A stretch of DNA of 62,434 bases, the filler included, from Chiloscyllium plagiosum (lineage: Eukaryota): the NCBI RefSeq assembly GCF_004010195.1. It is 4 parts of one record of this genome, joined end to end, with 100 filler letters (N's around TTAATTAATTAA, not from the genome) between each part and the next. Parts side by side here need not be neighbours in the genome. Positions count along the whole stretch, not along the records: positions 1 to 23,225 come from NC_057710.1; positions 23,326 to 45,478 come from NC_057710.1; 2 more parts are not named here. One strand, written 5' to 3'. A program made the position numbers and the translations under genes. This document shows, piece by piece, positions 12,641-24,120 of this stretch. Under the pieces are notes generated by a model. The model made no database searches and had not been told where the DNA came from. It worked only from the letters and a program-made list of their open reading frames with translations. Each line of letters starts with the position of its first letter. Within the stretch, counting starts at the first letter, position 1.

Positions 12641-13584
12641 GACGTTGAAAACAAGTTTTGTTTTTTCCTTATTTATTGCTTCCAACCTCTCACATTTTAC
12701 TTTTCTACAGCTTTCTCAATGTGTGCTTTTCGCAATTTAATCATTTGTAGAGTTAACTCAGGGAAGTGGTAGAGCATACTGACACACTGGAATCATTTGA
12801 TGCCTCAGTTGGGTCCAAAAAGATCAAAACTAATTGGAAACTCTCTTTTTAGAAAACTAGACACTTTTGAAATATAACTTTTCTCCATGCTATAAAACAG
12901 CATTAGTGATTTACTGAACTTATAACATATACTTAAAATAATTCTTAACATGTAAATAACATTTATTAGATAGCCATATTTCTTCTGAAGATAATGGGCT
13001 GGGACTTTGCAGTAGGAATAACAGAATGAACCAGACAGCAACTAAGGCATTTGCACATGTGCAGTAAAATCCAGCAGGTACTGTCCAATTTATTCTGTTT
13101 CACCATAAGCTGTGCTAACATTAGTACTTTGCTGAGAGTGACCATATTGGAATTCATGTTATGGCGTGAATTATGGCACTTAACTAGAAAAACATAGCAG
13201 AACAGGGCTTTTCCATTCAAACCTAATTAGGATTTTAGCAGCATATGGGTGACATCCAAACAGTCTCTCTAGCACAGAAAGTTAACTTTTACAAGAGTGG
13301 AATTTAACCCCTTCAGATTTCAACATTTTGTTTTTTCTATGTATTCTTTAATTCTGCCTTTCCTCCCTTTTATTTAGTTTTTAATATAAAAGAAACTCAA
13401 TAAAAATTGTTCTTACACTTGTTGATTTGGACTCTGCACTGCAATCTTTACAGAGGTGATGAAGTGTTGATCAGGAAACTCAGAAGTTTTCCCTGAATGC
13501 AGTCGGACCTTTGGAACAGGAAGTGTGAAAACAGGGAAGTTGGTCGTTTGGGGGTTAGTGGGGGGAGGAGGAGTCCCGTTCTAC

Positions 13585-14605
13585 ACCGACTCCCACAGCT
13601 ACCTGGATTACACCTCTTCCCACCCTACCTCCTGCAAAAATGCCATCCTGTATTCCCAATTCCTCCTCCTCTGCTGTATCTGCTCCCAGGAGGACCAGTT
13701 CCACCACAGAACACACCAGATGGCCTCCTTCTTTAGAGATCGCAATTTCCCTTCCCACGTGGTTAAAGATGCCCTCCAANNNNNNNNNNNNNNNNNNNNN
13801 NNNNNNNNNNNNNNNNNNNNNNNNNNNNNNNNNNNNNNNNNNNNNNNNNNNNNNNNNNNNNNNNNNNNNNNNNNNNNNNNNNNNNNNNNNNNNNNNNNNN
13901 NNNNNNNNNNNNNNNNNNNNNNNNNNNNNNNNNNNNNNNNNNNNNNNNNNNNNNNNNNNNNNNNNNNNNNNNNNNNNNNNNNNNNNNNNNNNNNNNNNNN
14001 NNNNNNNNNNNNNNNNNNNNNNNNNNNNNNNNNNNNNNNNNNNNNNNNNNNNNNNNNNNNNNNNNNNNNNNNNNNNNNNNNNNNNNNNNNNNNNNNNNNN
14101 NNNNNNNNNNNNNNNNNNNNNNNNNNNNNNNNNNNNNNNNNNNNNNNNNNNNNNNNNNNNNNNNNNNNNNNNNNNNNNNNNNNNNNNNNNNNNNNNNNNN
14201 NNNNNNNNNNNNNNNNNNNNNNNNNNNNNNNNNNNNNNNNNNNNNNNNNNNNNNNNNNNNNNNNNNNNNNNNNNNNNNNNNNNNNNNNNNNNNNNNNNNN
14301 NNNNNNNNNNNNNNNNNNNNNNNNNNNNNNNNNNNNNNNNNNNNNNNNNNNNNNNNNNNNNNNNNNNNNNNNNNNNNNNNNNNNNNNNNNNNNNNNNNNN
14401 NNNNNNNNNNNNNNNNNNNNNNNNNNNNNNNNNNNNNNNNNNNNNNNNNNTCTCGCCACCCTTCAGGCTCTCTGTCTTTATTCCTGATGAAGGGCTTTTG
14501 CCTGAAACGTCGATTTTACTGCTCCTCGGATGCTGCCTGAACTGCTGTGCTCTTCCAGCACCACTAATCCAGGATCTGGTTTCCAGCATCTGCAGTCATT
14601 GTTTT
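13585..14605 (+). mobile_element. 5'-truncated Penelope-like element (Neptune-type) spanning an N gap
   Basis: Peptide TDSHSYLDYTSSHPTSCKNAILYSQF (PLE RT C-terminal region). After the gap comes the terminal repeat with CTGATGA-A-GGGCttttGCCT-GAAACGTC at 14484-14511. Confidence 0.85.
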
Positions 14606-15327
14606 ACCTACAGCAGAGCTGTATAGCCACCTAGCTTTTTCTTGAAGCTGTCCTTACCTCACTGGGCTGTTGAGTTTCCTCTGGGTGACTATTTATTTCT
14701 TACATTCCCTCTAAACCCAGTGTCCCCTAAATGTATACTCACTAATCATTGATCCCTTCATCAAGGGGAAAGGTTTCTTCCCATCTATCGTATCATAAGT
14801 TTATACATCGCAATCACGTTCCTCCTCAATCTCCTCTGCTCTGTGGAAAACAACCCGTTTATCCAATCTCTCTTCATAACTAAACTCTCTGGTCATCTAC
14901 GAAACAAGTTAAATATGAGGGTCCAAGCCACGTGATAATATTTCAATTGTTGCCAGTCTCTTGGAAGCTGGTTGACTGCCCTCCACATCCCATTCTTAGC
15001 AAATCCAGGATTGGATGGGTTGGAAACATTTTGGTGTCAGAGCTGAAATTGATCTCAGGTCTATCAGATCACGTAAAGTATCACTGGATCCTGCTTTCAC
15101 CTGCTAAAATGTTCATTATTCCACAACCATCATATGATGGAAAAAAATGATCCTAGATTGCAACTACATACTGTTCTCTTAAGGCTCTCTACTCAGTATT
15201 CTCCATCAACACATGCAAAGTATCCAAAAAAGTTTTTGCTGCTCAGATCCTCCAAAATCTTACATACTAAGATCATAAAAAGGAGCAGGTTATTCAGCAC
15301 ACTCGATCATTATATCAGGCCTCTACT

Positions 15328-16320
15328 TAGAGTCATAGAGATGTACAGCATGGAAACAGACTCTTCCATGCCAACCAGATATCCCAACCCAATCTAGTCC
15401 TTCCTGCCAGCACCCGGCCCATATCCCTCCAAACTCTTCCTATTCATATACCCATCCAAATGCCTTTTAAATGTTGCAATTGTACCAGCCTCCACCACTT
15501 CCTCTGGCAGCTCATTCCGTACACGTACCACCCTCTGGGAGAAACATTTGCCCCTTAGGTCTCTTTTATATCTTTCACTTCTCACCCTAAACCAATGCCT
15601 TCTAGTTCTGGACTCCCCAACCCCAGGGAAAAGACTTTGTCTATTTATCCTATCCATGCCCCTCATGATTTTGTAAACCTCTATAAGGTCACCTCTCAGC
15701 CTCTGTCACTCCAGGGAAAACAGCCCCAGCCTGTTCAGCCTCTCCCTATAGCTCAAATCCTCCAACCCTGGCAACATCCTTGTAAATCTTTTCTGAACCC
15801 TTTCAAGTTTCACAACATCTTTCTGATAGGAAAGAGACCAGAATTGCATGTAATATTGCAACAGTGGCCTAACCAATGTCCTGTACAGCCGCAACATGAC
15901 CTCCCAACACCTGTACGCATTATTCTGACCAATAAAAGAAAACATACCAAATGCCTTCTTCACTATCCTATCTACCTGCGACTCCAGCTTTGTTCAGCAA
16001 CACTCCCTAGGACCTTAGCATTAAGTGTATAAGTCCTGCTAAGATTTGCTTTCCCAAAATGCAGCACCTCGCATTTATCTGAATCAAACTCCATCTGCCA
16101 CTTCTCAGCCCATTGACCCATCTGGTCAAGATCCTGTTGTAATCTGAAGTAACCTTCTTCACTGTCCATTACACCTCCAATTTTGATGTCATCTGCAAAT
16201 TTACTAACTGTAGCTCTTATGCTCATATCCAAATCATTTATGTAAATGACAAAACGTAGTGGACCCAGCACCGATCCTTGTGGCACTCCACTGGTCACAG
16301 GCCTCCAGTGTGAAAAACAA
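15328..16320 (-). mobile_element. CR1 (HER1-like) LINE, RT to 3' end
   Basis: SGVPQGSVLGP, SKFADD and VKLERVQKRFTRMLPGL; 3' tail (ATCTCTATGACTCT on -). Confidence 0.92.
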
Positions 16321-17270
16321 CACGGATGGGGTGCCCAAGGATTGGAGGGTGGCTAATGTTGTGCCTTTATTTATGAAAGGCTGTAAGGAAAGGCCTGGGA
16401 ACTACAGGCTGGTGAGTCTGACATCAGTGGTGGGTAAGCTGTTGGAGGAGATTCTGAAGGACAGAATTTACATGCATTTGGAGAGGCAAGGACTGATTAG
16501 TGATAGTCAGCATGGATTTGTGTGGGGAAATCACAGTAATTAGCACTGCTGCCTCACAGCACCAGGAACCCAGGTTCGATTCCAGCCTCAAGCAACTGTA
16601 TGTGGAGTTTGCACATTCTCCCCGTCTGCAGGGGTTTCCTCCCACAGTCCAATGATGTGCAGGTCAGGTGAATTGGCCATGCTAGATTGCCCAGTGTTAG
16701 AAACATTAGTCAGAGAGAAATGGGTCTGGGTGGGTTACTCTTCAAGAGTCAGTGTGGACTGTAGGGATGAAGGGCCTATTTCCATACTGTAAGGAATCTA
16801 ATCTAATCTAAAATAGTGTCTGACAAACCTGATTGAGCTTTTTGAGGACAAAACTAAAAAGATTGATGGAAGCATTGTGGTAGACTTTGTCTACATGAAC
16901 TTCAGTCAAGTGTTTGACAAGGTTTTACATAGTAGACTGATTAGTAAAGTTAGTAACCTGGGTTTCAGGAAGAACCTGCTGATTGGATATAAAATTAACT
17001 CGGTGGTGGAGGATTGTTTTTTGGGTTGGAAGGCTGTGACCCGAAGCATTCTGCAGGGATTGGTATTGGTCCACTCTTGCTTGTCATTTATATGAATGAG
17101 AATTTAGGAGGCACAGTTAATACAGTTGTGGACAACACCAAAATTGGTTGCATATTTGATAATAAAGAAGGGTTATCTAAGATTACAAAGGGATCTTGAT
17201 CATTTGGGCCAATGGGCTGAGTGGCAGATGGAGTTTAATTTGAATAAATGGAACAAACCTTCCATCCCAC
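16321..17270 (+). mobile_element. CR1 LINE RT fragment in opposite orientation, interrupted by a SINE
   Basis: VPKDWRVANVVPLF, PGNYRLVSLTSVVGKLLE and SQHGFV; resumes after 16812. Confidence 0.85.
16531..16812 (+). mobile_element. 5'-truncated HE1-type V-SINE
   Basis: Same V-domain and (AATCT)n tail as 10630-10950. Confidence 0.88.
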
Positions 17271-17529
17271 AAATTAGTTTGGCGTACATCAAGTGTGATA
17301 GCACCAAGGCTCTCTACAGCTGCAACACTAAATCTCTACGCTTTTGCATTTTCCATTCTCATGATTTAAGAAACTTTCTGTATTTCCTCCCAAAGTGGAT
17401 AATCTTTCATTCCTCCACATTGCACTATACCTGCCAAATATTCAATTTGGAATGTTTAGTAATGTGATTGCATAAATTTTATGAATAAAATATACTTTGG
17501 GTAAAAAAAAACTCAAGTAAATGTCACAG

Positions 17530-18630
17530 TAAACAGCCTGAGTTGCAGTTGGTATTTGAAGAAGGCAAGAATTGGTTTATTGTCAGGAAACAGTGATAGA
17601 AGGCTGTCTGAGAGACTTGAGCCTGATAAGCAGTGACACACCAAACAAATCAGTGAGAGGTCCCTTATTGTTTGTGAAACTCATAAATGATGTAGTTGAA
17701 AACGTGGGGAAGAATGATAAGTAAGTCTGTAGATGACACAAAGTTTAACCTGGTAGTGGACAGTGAGGAGGAAGTTGTTAGAAGGCCATAAGAAGATTGG
17801 TCAGATGGGCAGGTCCATGGCAGAAGGAATTTAATCCTGATAAGTGTATGATGCACATTGGAAGAAGGAACAAGCCAAGGGAGTACTCAATGAACCGCAG
17901 AGCACTAGGAAGCTCAGAGGAACTTTGCGATGCTTGCCCACAGATCTGTGACAGTGGCAGGACAGGTTAATAGGGTAACTAAGAAAGCATAATGGACACT
18001 TGCCTTTATCAGTCATGGCATAGATTATATGAGCAGATCATGTTGGAGCTGTAGAGAACTTTGGTTAGGCCACAGACATAATAGTGTGCGCAGTTCTGGT
18101 CACCACACAACAGGAAGGTCATGATTGCACTGGAGGGGCTGCAAAGGAGATTCATGAGGCTCTTGCCTGAGATGGAGCATTTCAGCTATGAACAGAAACT
18201 TGACACACTTCCCTGTTCCCAAGAAAACAAAGAGTCAGAGGGAGACCTGCTAAAAGGTATGTAAGATTATGAGGGTCACGGCCAGAGTGATAGAAAGCAG
18301 CTGTTCCACTTAGGCCAAGGGTCAATAGTGAGGGGCATAATTTTAAAATTAAAGGTACAAGGTTTAGAGAATATTTGAGGAAATATATTTTCACCCAGAG
18401 GTTGATGGGGATCTGCTCGGGGGGTAGTTGACACAGGAAAACTCATTTAAAAAGTACTTGGATGAGCACTTGCATTGTCATAATAATCAAGGCTATAGGC
18501 TTGGTGTAGATAGTAGCTTAAAAATGTGTTGCTGGAAAAGCGCAGCAGGTCAGGCAGATGGTGTAGATAGTAGCAGAGTTTTGGCAATACAAGCTTGGTG
18601 GACCTCTTCAATATTATATGATTCTAAGCC
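17530..18630 (+). mobile_element. Old CR1 LINE 3' half with a 41-bp PLE-repeat insert
   Basis: Degenerate RT and 3' motifs (GTAGATGACACAAAG, CAGTTCTGGTCACCAC, TTTTCACCCAGAG). The insert at 18518-18558 lies between 16-bp direct repeats. Confidence 0.75.
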
Positions 18631-19217
18631 TTCTCGCAACTGAGGCCTTTGACACATTTGCAAGTTCTAAAAGCTAGTAAGTCAGCATCTTGCATCTGCC
18701 CAAAGCGAGGACATGGAACATGAAGACCATTAGGTACTGAAGATCTCTCTACTATTTAAAAATCTGAATGACAAGGCAGTGAAATCCACTCTGAAGATGA
18801 GGAATCCAAAACGTTGCAAGGTCTCCAAACAAAAAAGGTTGGGAGGATCATTCCGCCAAAATTAGTTGAAGGAACCCCAAAGATATCTTGTACCAGATGG
18901 ATAACTGAAAAAAACTGAGGAGAAATTAAACTGAATTCAAGATGAGTATAGCATAGAGTGAGTGGACTGTCAAGATATCATGACATCGAAGTGAACGCTT
19001 GGGCAGAGTTAAAAAAACTGGATTTATAATTAAGTATATTAGAGTTAATAGTGCTGGTTTTAATTTTTTTATGTGCAGTAATACAGCCACTTCTTGCTAT
19101 CAATGGGAGAGAACACCCTAGGGTATTGTATAGAATATACTTTCTCTGCAGTATCTGCTTTATCTCAGCGTTGGCCTGCAGACCCACAGCTATTACCATC
19201 TACAGCACCCAGGTCAT

Positions 19218-19471
19218 CTCAAAATGTTATGTTGGAAAAGCGCAGCAGGTCAGGCAGCATCCAAGGAACAGGAGAATTGACGTTTCGGGCATAAGCCCTT
19301 CACTTTCTCCTCGAAGATTTTAACCTACTGCGAATCCTCTTACAAGGATGCCTTCCTTGAAGAAGCTCTCTTTCTGAAGGGCTTATGCCTGAAACGTCGA
19401 TTCTCCTGTTCCTTGGATGCTGCCTAACCTGCTGCGCTTTTCCAGCAACACATTTTCACCTCAAAATGTTA
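19218..19471. mobile_element. Fold-back PLE terminal-repeat insertion (family A)
   Basis: Inverted arms GGAAAAGCGCAGCAGGTCAGGCAGCATCCAAGGAACAGGAGA / TCTCCTGTTCCTTGGATGCTGCC...GCTTTTCC; CTCAAAATGTTA is repeated at both ends. Confidence 0.85.
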
Positions 19472-20669
19472 ACTCTGTTCACTCTCCACAGTTGCTTTCA
19501 GATCTGTTGAGTTTCTCTGCCATCTAATGAGCCAGCAGGAACATCCTCTACCAAGTCCAGGAATTCACTATAATACTCAAGATACACCATGGTGCTTCCA
19601 AACATTGAGCTCTTCAGGGTCTCTTTCTTATGACAAATTGGATACCTGATCCTTCACATAAAAGAATTATATGGTTTTAACAACAGAACTGGACAGACCA
19701 AATTTTCAGTATTAGTGTAGAATGTACATAAGTTTAATTTGAGAAAAGTATCCTCCTATATTATTTCCTCTACATTAGATAAACTATTGTACAATAAATT
19801 ATAGAATGGTTACAGTACAGGTGGCCATTCACCTTATTGCATCTATATGGGTCTCAGGAAGTAAGCTGGAATTTACCAGACCCCTTGGTCCCCACACCCC
19901 AACCCATGGGAGCATTGTTCTCACAGAAAACAGTTGCCTTGCAAAGACTCTGGCTGTTTCTAGACTGGAAATGAGTCTTCCATCCTTTAGAGTTAGGAAG
20001 TGCCACCTCCCACCAGGGTTTATGTCTCTGGTAGTGCAGCATTCAATAGCTGAAGCGGGGAAGGTGTGCTGGATTGCGACTTTGCATGCAATTAGAGACC
20101 TAGCCAGTGTCAAGTTTAAAAGCCGCAGTGAGGGGTATAGGGGACCAGGGTGTGGACTGCCCAGACACCATGCTTCCCTATTCCCATTCCCATTCCCCAG
20201 CTTTTGAAATTGAGCAGTGATGGGAATGGTTGAGTAGATAGCAAGCAGATATACCGGCTGAATTTTACTTGCTTTTTACTTTCAAAGCTAACAGGAGGGG
20301 TTTAATAATGCAGCCCTTTAACTCAGATGGTTCCTATTCCATCAAGACATTCTCCAGTTCTAGCATCTTTTACACTTCAGATGGTTAGCAAGTCTCTTTA
20401 AAACAATGAATAAATCTTTCCAGACACACGCACAATGCATTCCAATTGAATTCTTTTCACTCTGCATATACAACCCCAAATTCCCAAGTCCCTAGACCTG
20501 CCAAATTTGTGAACATGTACCCTGAGTCACAAAGAAAAGCTTCGATACTGAAGACCTAAAATAACAGTGCTGGAAAAACTTAGCAGGTCCAGAAGCATCT
20601 GTTGACAGAAACAGAGATAAAGTTTCAAATCCAATGACTTCTTCAGTGCATATATTTAGACACCTTGGA

Positions 20670-21200
20670 GTCTTAGAGCTCTACTGCATGGAGACAGGCC
20701 CTTTGGCCCAAATTGATCCACATTGACAAAATGTCCATCAACACTAAACCCAATTCCCTGCTCTTGGCCTGTAACGTTATAAACCATTCCTATCTAAGTA
20801 TTTGTCCAAATGCCTTTAAAGTGTTGTTAATGTAACAGTCTCGACCATTTCTGCTGGCAGTTTTTTCCATATGCATACGAACCTCTGCAAAAGTTGTCCC
20901 TCAGATTACACTTTTATTCTTTCACTTCTAACCTTAAACTGATGCCCTCGAGGCCATGATTCCCCAATCCTGGGAAAAAGATCGACTGCATTCAGCCTAT
21001 CCATGCCTCTCATCATCTGATAGCCATCTATAAGACCTCCCTCAGTTTCCTATGCTCTAAAGAAAGAATTCTTAGCTTGTCCAACCTCTCCCTGTAACTC
21101 AAGATTCTGGAGTCCTGGCAATATACTTATAAATTTCTTCTGCACCCTTTCCAGTTTAATAAAATCCTTCCTATAGCAAGGTGACCAACACTGAACACAA
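20670..21200 (-). mobile_element. CR1 LINE 3' end fragment
   Basis: Collinear similarity to 15328-15860. Confidence 0.75.
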
Positions 21201-22129
21201 TCTTACTTGTTCTTTGGTTTTGATAGTTCATATTTTAATATTTGCAATTCTCCAGTTCTCTGGTACTAAGTCTGTATCCAAAGAGAATTAGATTATTGTA
21301 GCCAGCACCTTCTAGTTCCCACACTTTCCTCCTTTACAGTGTTTGGATGGGTTCTATCCAGTCCTATATAGCCATATTTTCTAAGACTTGCATCCTGAGT
21401 TGTGCAGGGAAGCAAATGTGGAGAAAGTGAAAGGAATTGTTGGAATTTTCCTATCTTCCCCAAAAACAGGGGAGACACCAGAGGATGTGAAAGTGCCAGT
21501 TAAAGTTATCCTTCATAACTGCAGGCCTGTCAGAAATGATAAACCGAACATATAAAAAGCTGGTTAATAAAATAGAGACCCACAATAGAAGAGTTACAGT
21601 TATAATTGTTTTAATAACAAACTTAAGGGCAGGAAAGAGCAAGTTACAATAAACATTCAGCCAGGTGGTTAATAGCTTTTCCAAAAGTCTTTTTTAGGAT
21701 CATGATATTTTTGATTTATAAATAAATGACTTAGACAATATAATAGTGTAAAATGTCAAAACTTACTAATCAAATCAAACTTTGAGAAGTGGAAAAAAGA
21801 AAGAATAAAACCAATTCACTGCAAAAATAGGCTAGTGGAATGGGCAGACAACCAATAGATGGAATTGAAATAGAGAACTGAGACGGAATGCAGTTTGGCA
21901 GAACGTATTCAGAGAATCGCTCTCAAAACCTATAAGCGTTGTGCGTTCATTGATGTAATGAGTACAAAAGTAGATAAGTTATGGTAACCTTTATAAAACT
22001 CTTGTTAGGCCATGGATGAAGTACTTTGGCCAGTTTGACCCTCATATCTTAACCAAAATGTGCAGATCCACAAGAGGATGCAGAGATTTCCCAGGCTGGT
22101 TTGAGGAATTTTAGATACAAGATTAGGTT

Positions 22130-23225
22130 GTAGATGGCTGGAAAATGGGAAGCCTTCAGAAATGAGATAACAAGAATCCAGAGAAAGTATATTCCTGTCA
22201 GGGTGAAAGCGAATGCTGGTAGGTATAGGGAATGCTGGATGACTAAAGAAATTGAAGGTTTGGTTAAGAAAAAGGAAGCATGTGTTAGGTACAGACAATA
22301 GATCGAGTGAATCCTTAGAAAAGTATAAAGAAAGTAGAAGTATACTTAAGAGGGAAATCAGGAGGGAAAAACAGGAACATGAAATAGCTTTGGCAAATAG
22401 AATTAAGGAGAATCCAAAGGGATTTTACAAATATATTAAAGACAAAATAAAACTAGGGAGAGAATAAGGCCCCTCAAAGATCTGCTGTGCTTTTCCAGCA
22501 ACACATTTTCAGCTCTGATCTCCAGCATCTCCAGTCCTCACTTTCTCCCCTCAAAGATCAGCAAGGCAGCCTTTGTGTGGAGCCACAGAAAATGGGGGAG
22601 ATACTAAATGAATATTTTGCATCTGTATTTACTGTGGAAAAGGATATGGAAGATATAGACTGTAGGGAAATAGATGGTGACATCTTGCAAAATGTCCAGA
22701 TTACAGAGGAGGAAGTGCTGGATGCCTTGAAACGGTTAAAGGTGGATAAATCCCCAGGACCTGATCAGGTGTACCCGACAATTCTGTGGGAAGTTAGAGA
22801 AAGGACTGCTGGGCCTCTTGCTGAGATATTTGTATAATTGATAGTCACAGGTGAGGTGCCGGAAGACTGGAGGTTGGCAAACATGGTGACACTGTTTACG
22901 AAGGGTGGTAAAAGACAAGCCAGGGAACTATAGACCAGTGAGCCTGACCTCGGTGGTGGGCAAGTTGTTGGAGGGAATCCTGAGGGACAGGATGTATATG
23001 TACTTGGAAAGGCAAGGACTGATTAGGGATAGTCAACATGGCTTTGTGCGTGGGAAATCATGTCTCTCAAACTTGATTGAGTTTTTTGAAGAAGTAACAA
23101 AGATGATTGATGAGGGCAGAGCAGTAGATGTGATCTATATGGACTTCAGTAAGGCGTTCGACAAGGTTCCCCATGGGAGACTGATTAGCAAGGTTAGATC
23201 TCACGGAATACAGGGAGAACTAGCC
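22130..23225 (+). mobile_element. CR1 (HER1-like) LINE ORF2, cut by the assembly linker
   Basis: KENPKGFYKYI, DKSPGPDQVYP, PGNYRPVSLTSVVGKLLE and YMDFSKAFDKVPH; 64-bp PLE-repeat insert at 22483-22546. Confidence 0.92.
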
Positions 23226-23325
23226 NNNNNNNNNNNNNNNNNNNNNNNNNNNNNNNNNNNNNNNNNNNNTTAATTAATTAANNNNNNNNNNNNNNNNNNN
23301 NNNNNNNNNNNNNNNNNNNNNNNNN
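23226..23325. other. Artificial assembly linker (44N + TTAATTAATTAA + 44N)
   Basis: The identical 100-nt construct occurs three times; the 12-mer has stop codons in all six frames. Confidence 0.95.
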
Positions 23326-23800
23326 GGTATTTTGGCTCATGATCATAAAAAGATTAATGCGATCTTTAGAGAATTTTATTCTGATTTATATAAATCGCAG
23401 GATTGTGAAGACAGGACTAGGAGGATGCAATCATTTTTTAAAAATTTGACCTTTCCGGGCCTAACTCCGGAACAGGTATCGGTCTTAAATGCTCCCCTAA
23501 CAGTCCAAGAAATACTTGACGCAATCAGGCAACTTCAGAGCGGTAAGGCACCTGGCCCAGATGGTTTTCAAGCTGAAGTCTATAAAGAATTTACAGAAAT
23601 ATTGGCTGGTCCACTTATGGACATGTATAACTATGCATATAGTCAGGGCTGTCTCCCGCCTTCGCTGAAAGAGGCAAATATCTCTCTTATCCTTAAAGAA
23701 GGAAAGGACCCAGAAGATTGTACGTCATACAAACCAATATCCTTGCTAAATGTAGATTTTAAAATCCTTTCTAAAACGTTAGCATTGAGACGAGAAAGGA
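23326..23800 (+). mobile_element. L1-clade LINE ORF2 fragment (pre-RT and start of RT)
   Basis: INAIFREFYSDLY, LQSGKAPGPDGF and SYKPISLLNVDFKILSKTLALR. Confidence 0.9.
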
Positions 23801-24120
23801 TTTTAAAAGCGACATTTAGCAAGGATATTGGTCACAGAGAACAGCCAGGGAATTCCTAGAGGCATGGCACTCATCCACAGATTCAATCAATAAGCACATC
23901 GACCTGGACCCAATATACGACCACTGCAGCGGACAGCCGGAACTGACAACCGGAAGCGGCAAATTCAAACCACTACAAATGCCGGAGGAAAGATCACAGA
24001 AGCGCTTCACAGGAGGCTCCCAAGCACTGAGGATGTCACCTAGACAGGGGACGAAATTCCCAGCTCAGCGAACAGAACCACAACAACGAGCACCCGAGCT
24101 ACAAATCTTCTCACAGACTT
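23801..24120 (+). mobile_element. PLE (Poseidon-type) 3' fragment inside the L1
   Basis: Encodes REFLEAWHSSTDSINKHIDLDPIY (GIY-YIG C-terminus), then CTGAGGA-T-GTCACCT-agac-AGGGGAC-GAAA at 24027-24056. Confidence 0.75.

Larger units (their letters stand above)
7288..12660 (+). other. BEND4: Probable long 3'UTR of BEND4
   Basis: AT-rich, mostly non-repetitive sequence after the stop. Distal AATAAA at 12635-12640 is followed by a GT/T-rich tract. Proximal AATAAA sites also exist (7326, ~8407), so the end point is an inference. Confidence 0.5.

Noticed and set aside
13525..14626. Long ORFs of 283-344 aa
   Set aside because: They run through an N gap; the real flanks are Penelope sequence.
23270..23281. 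TTAATTAATTAA palindrome as a homeodomain site or biological repeat
   Set aside because: It always sits centred in N-runs, so it is an assembly linker.
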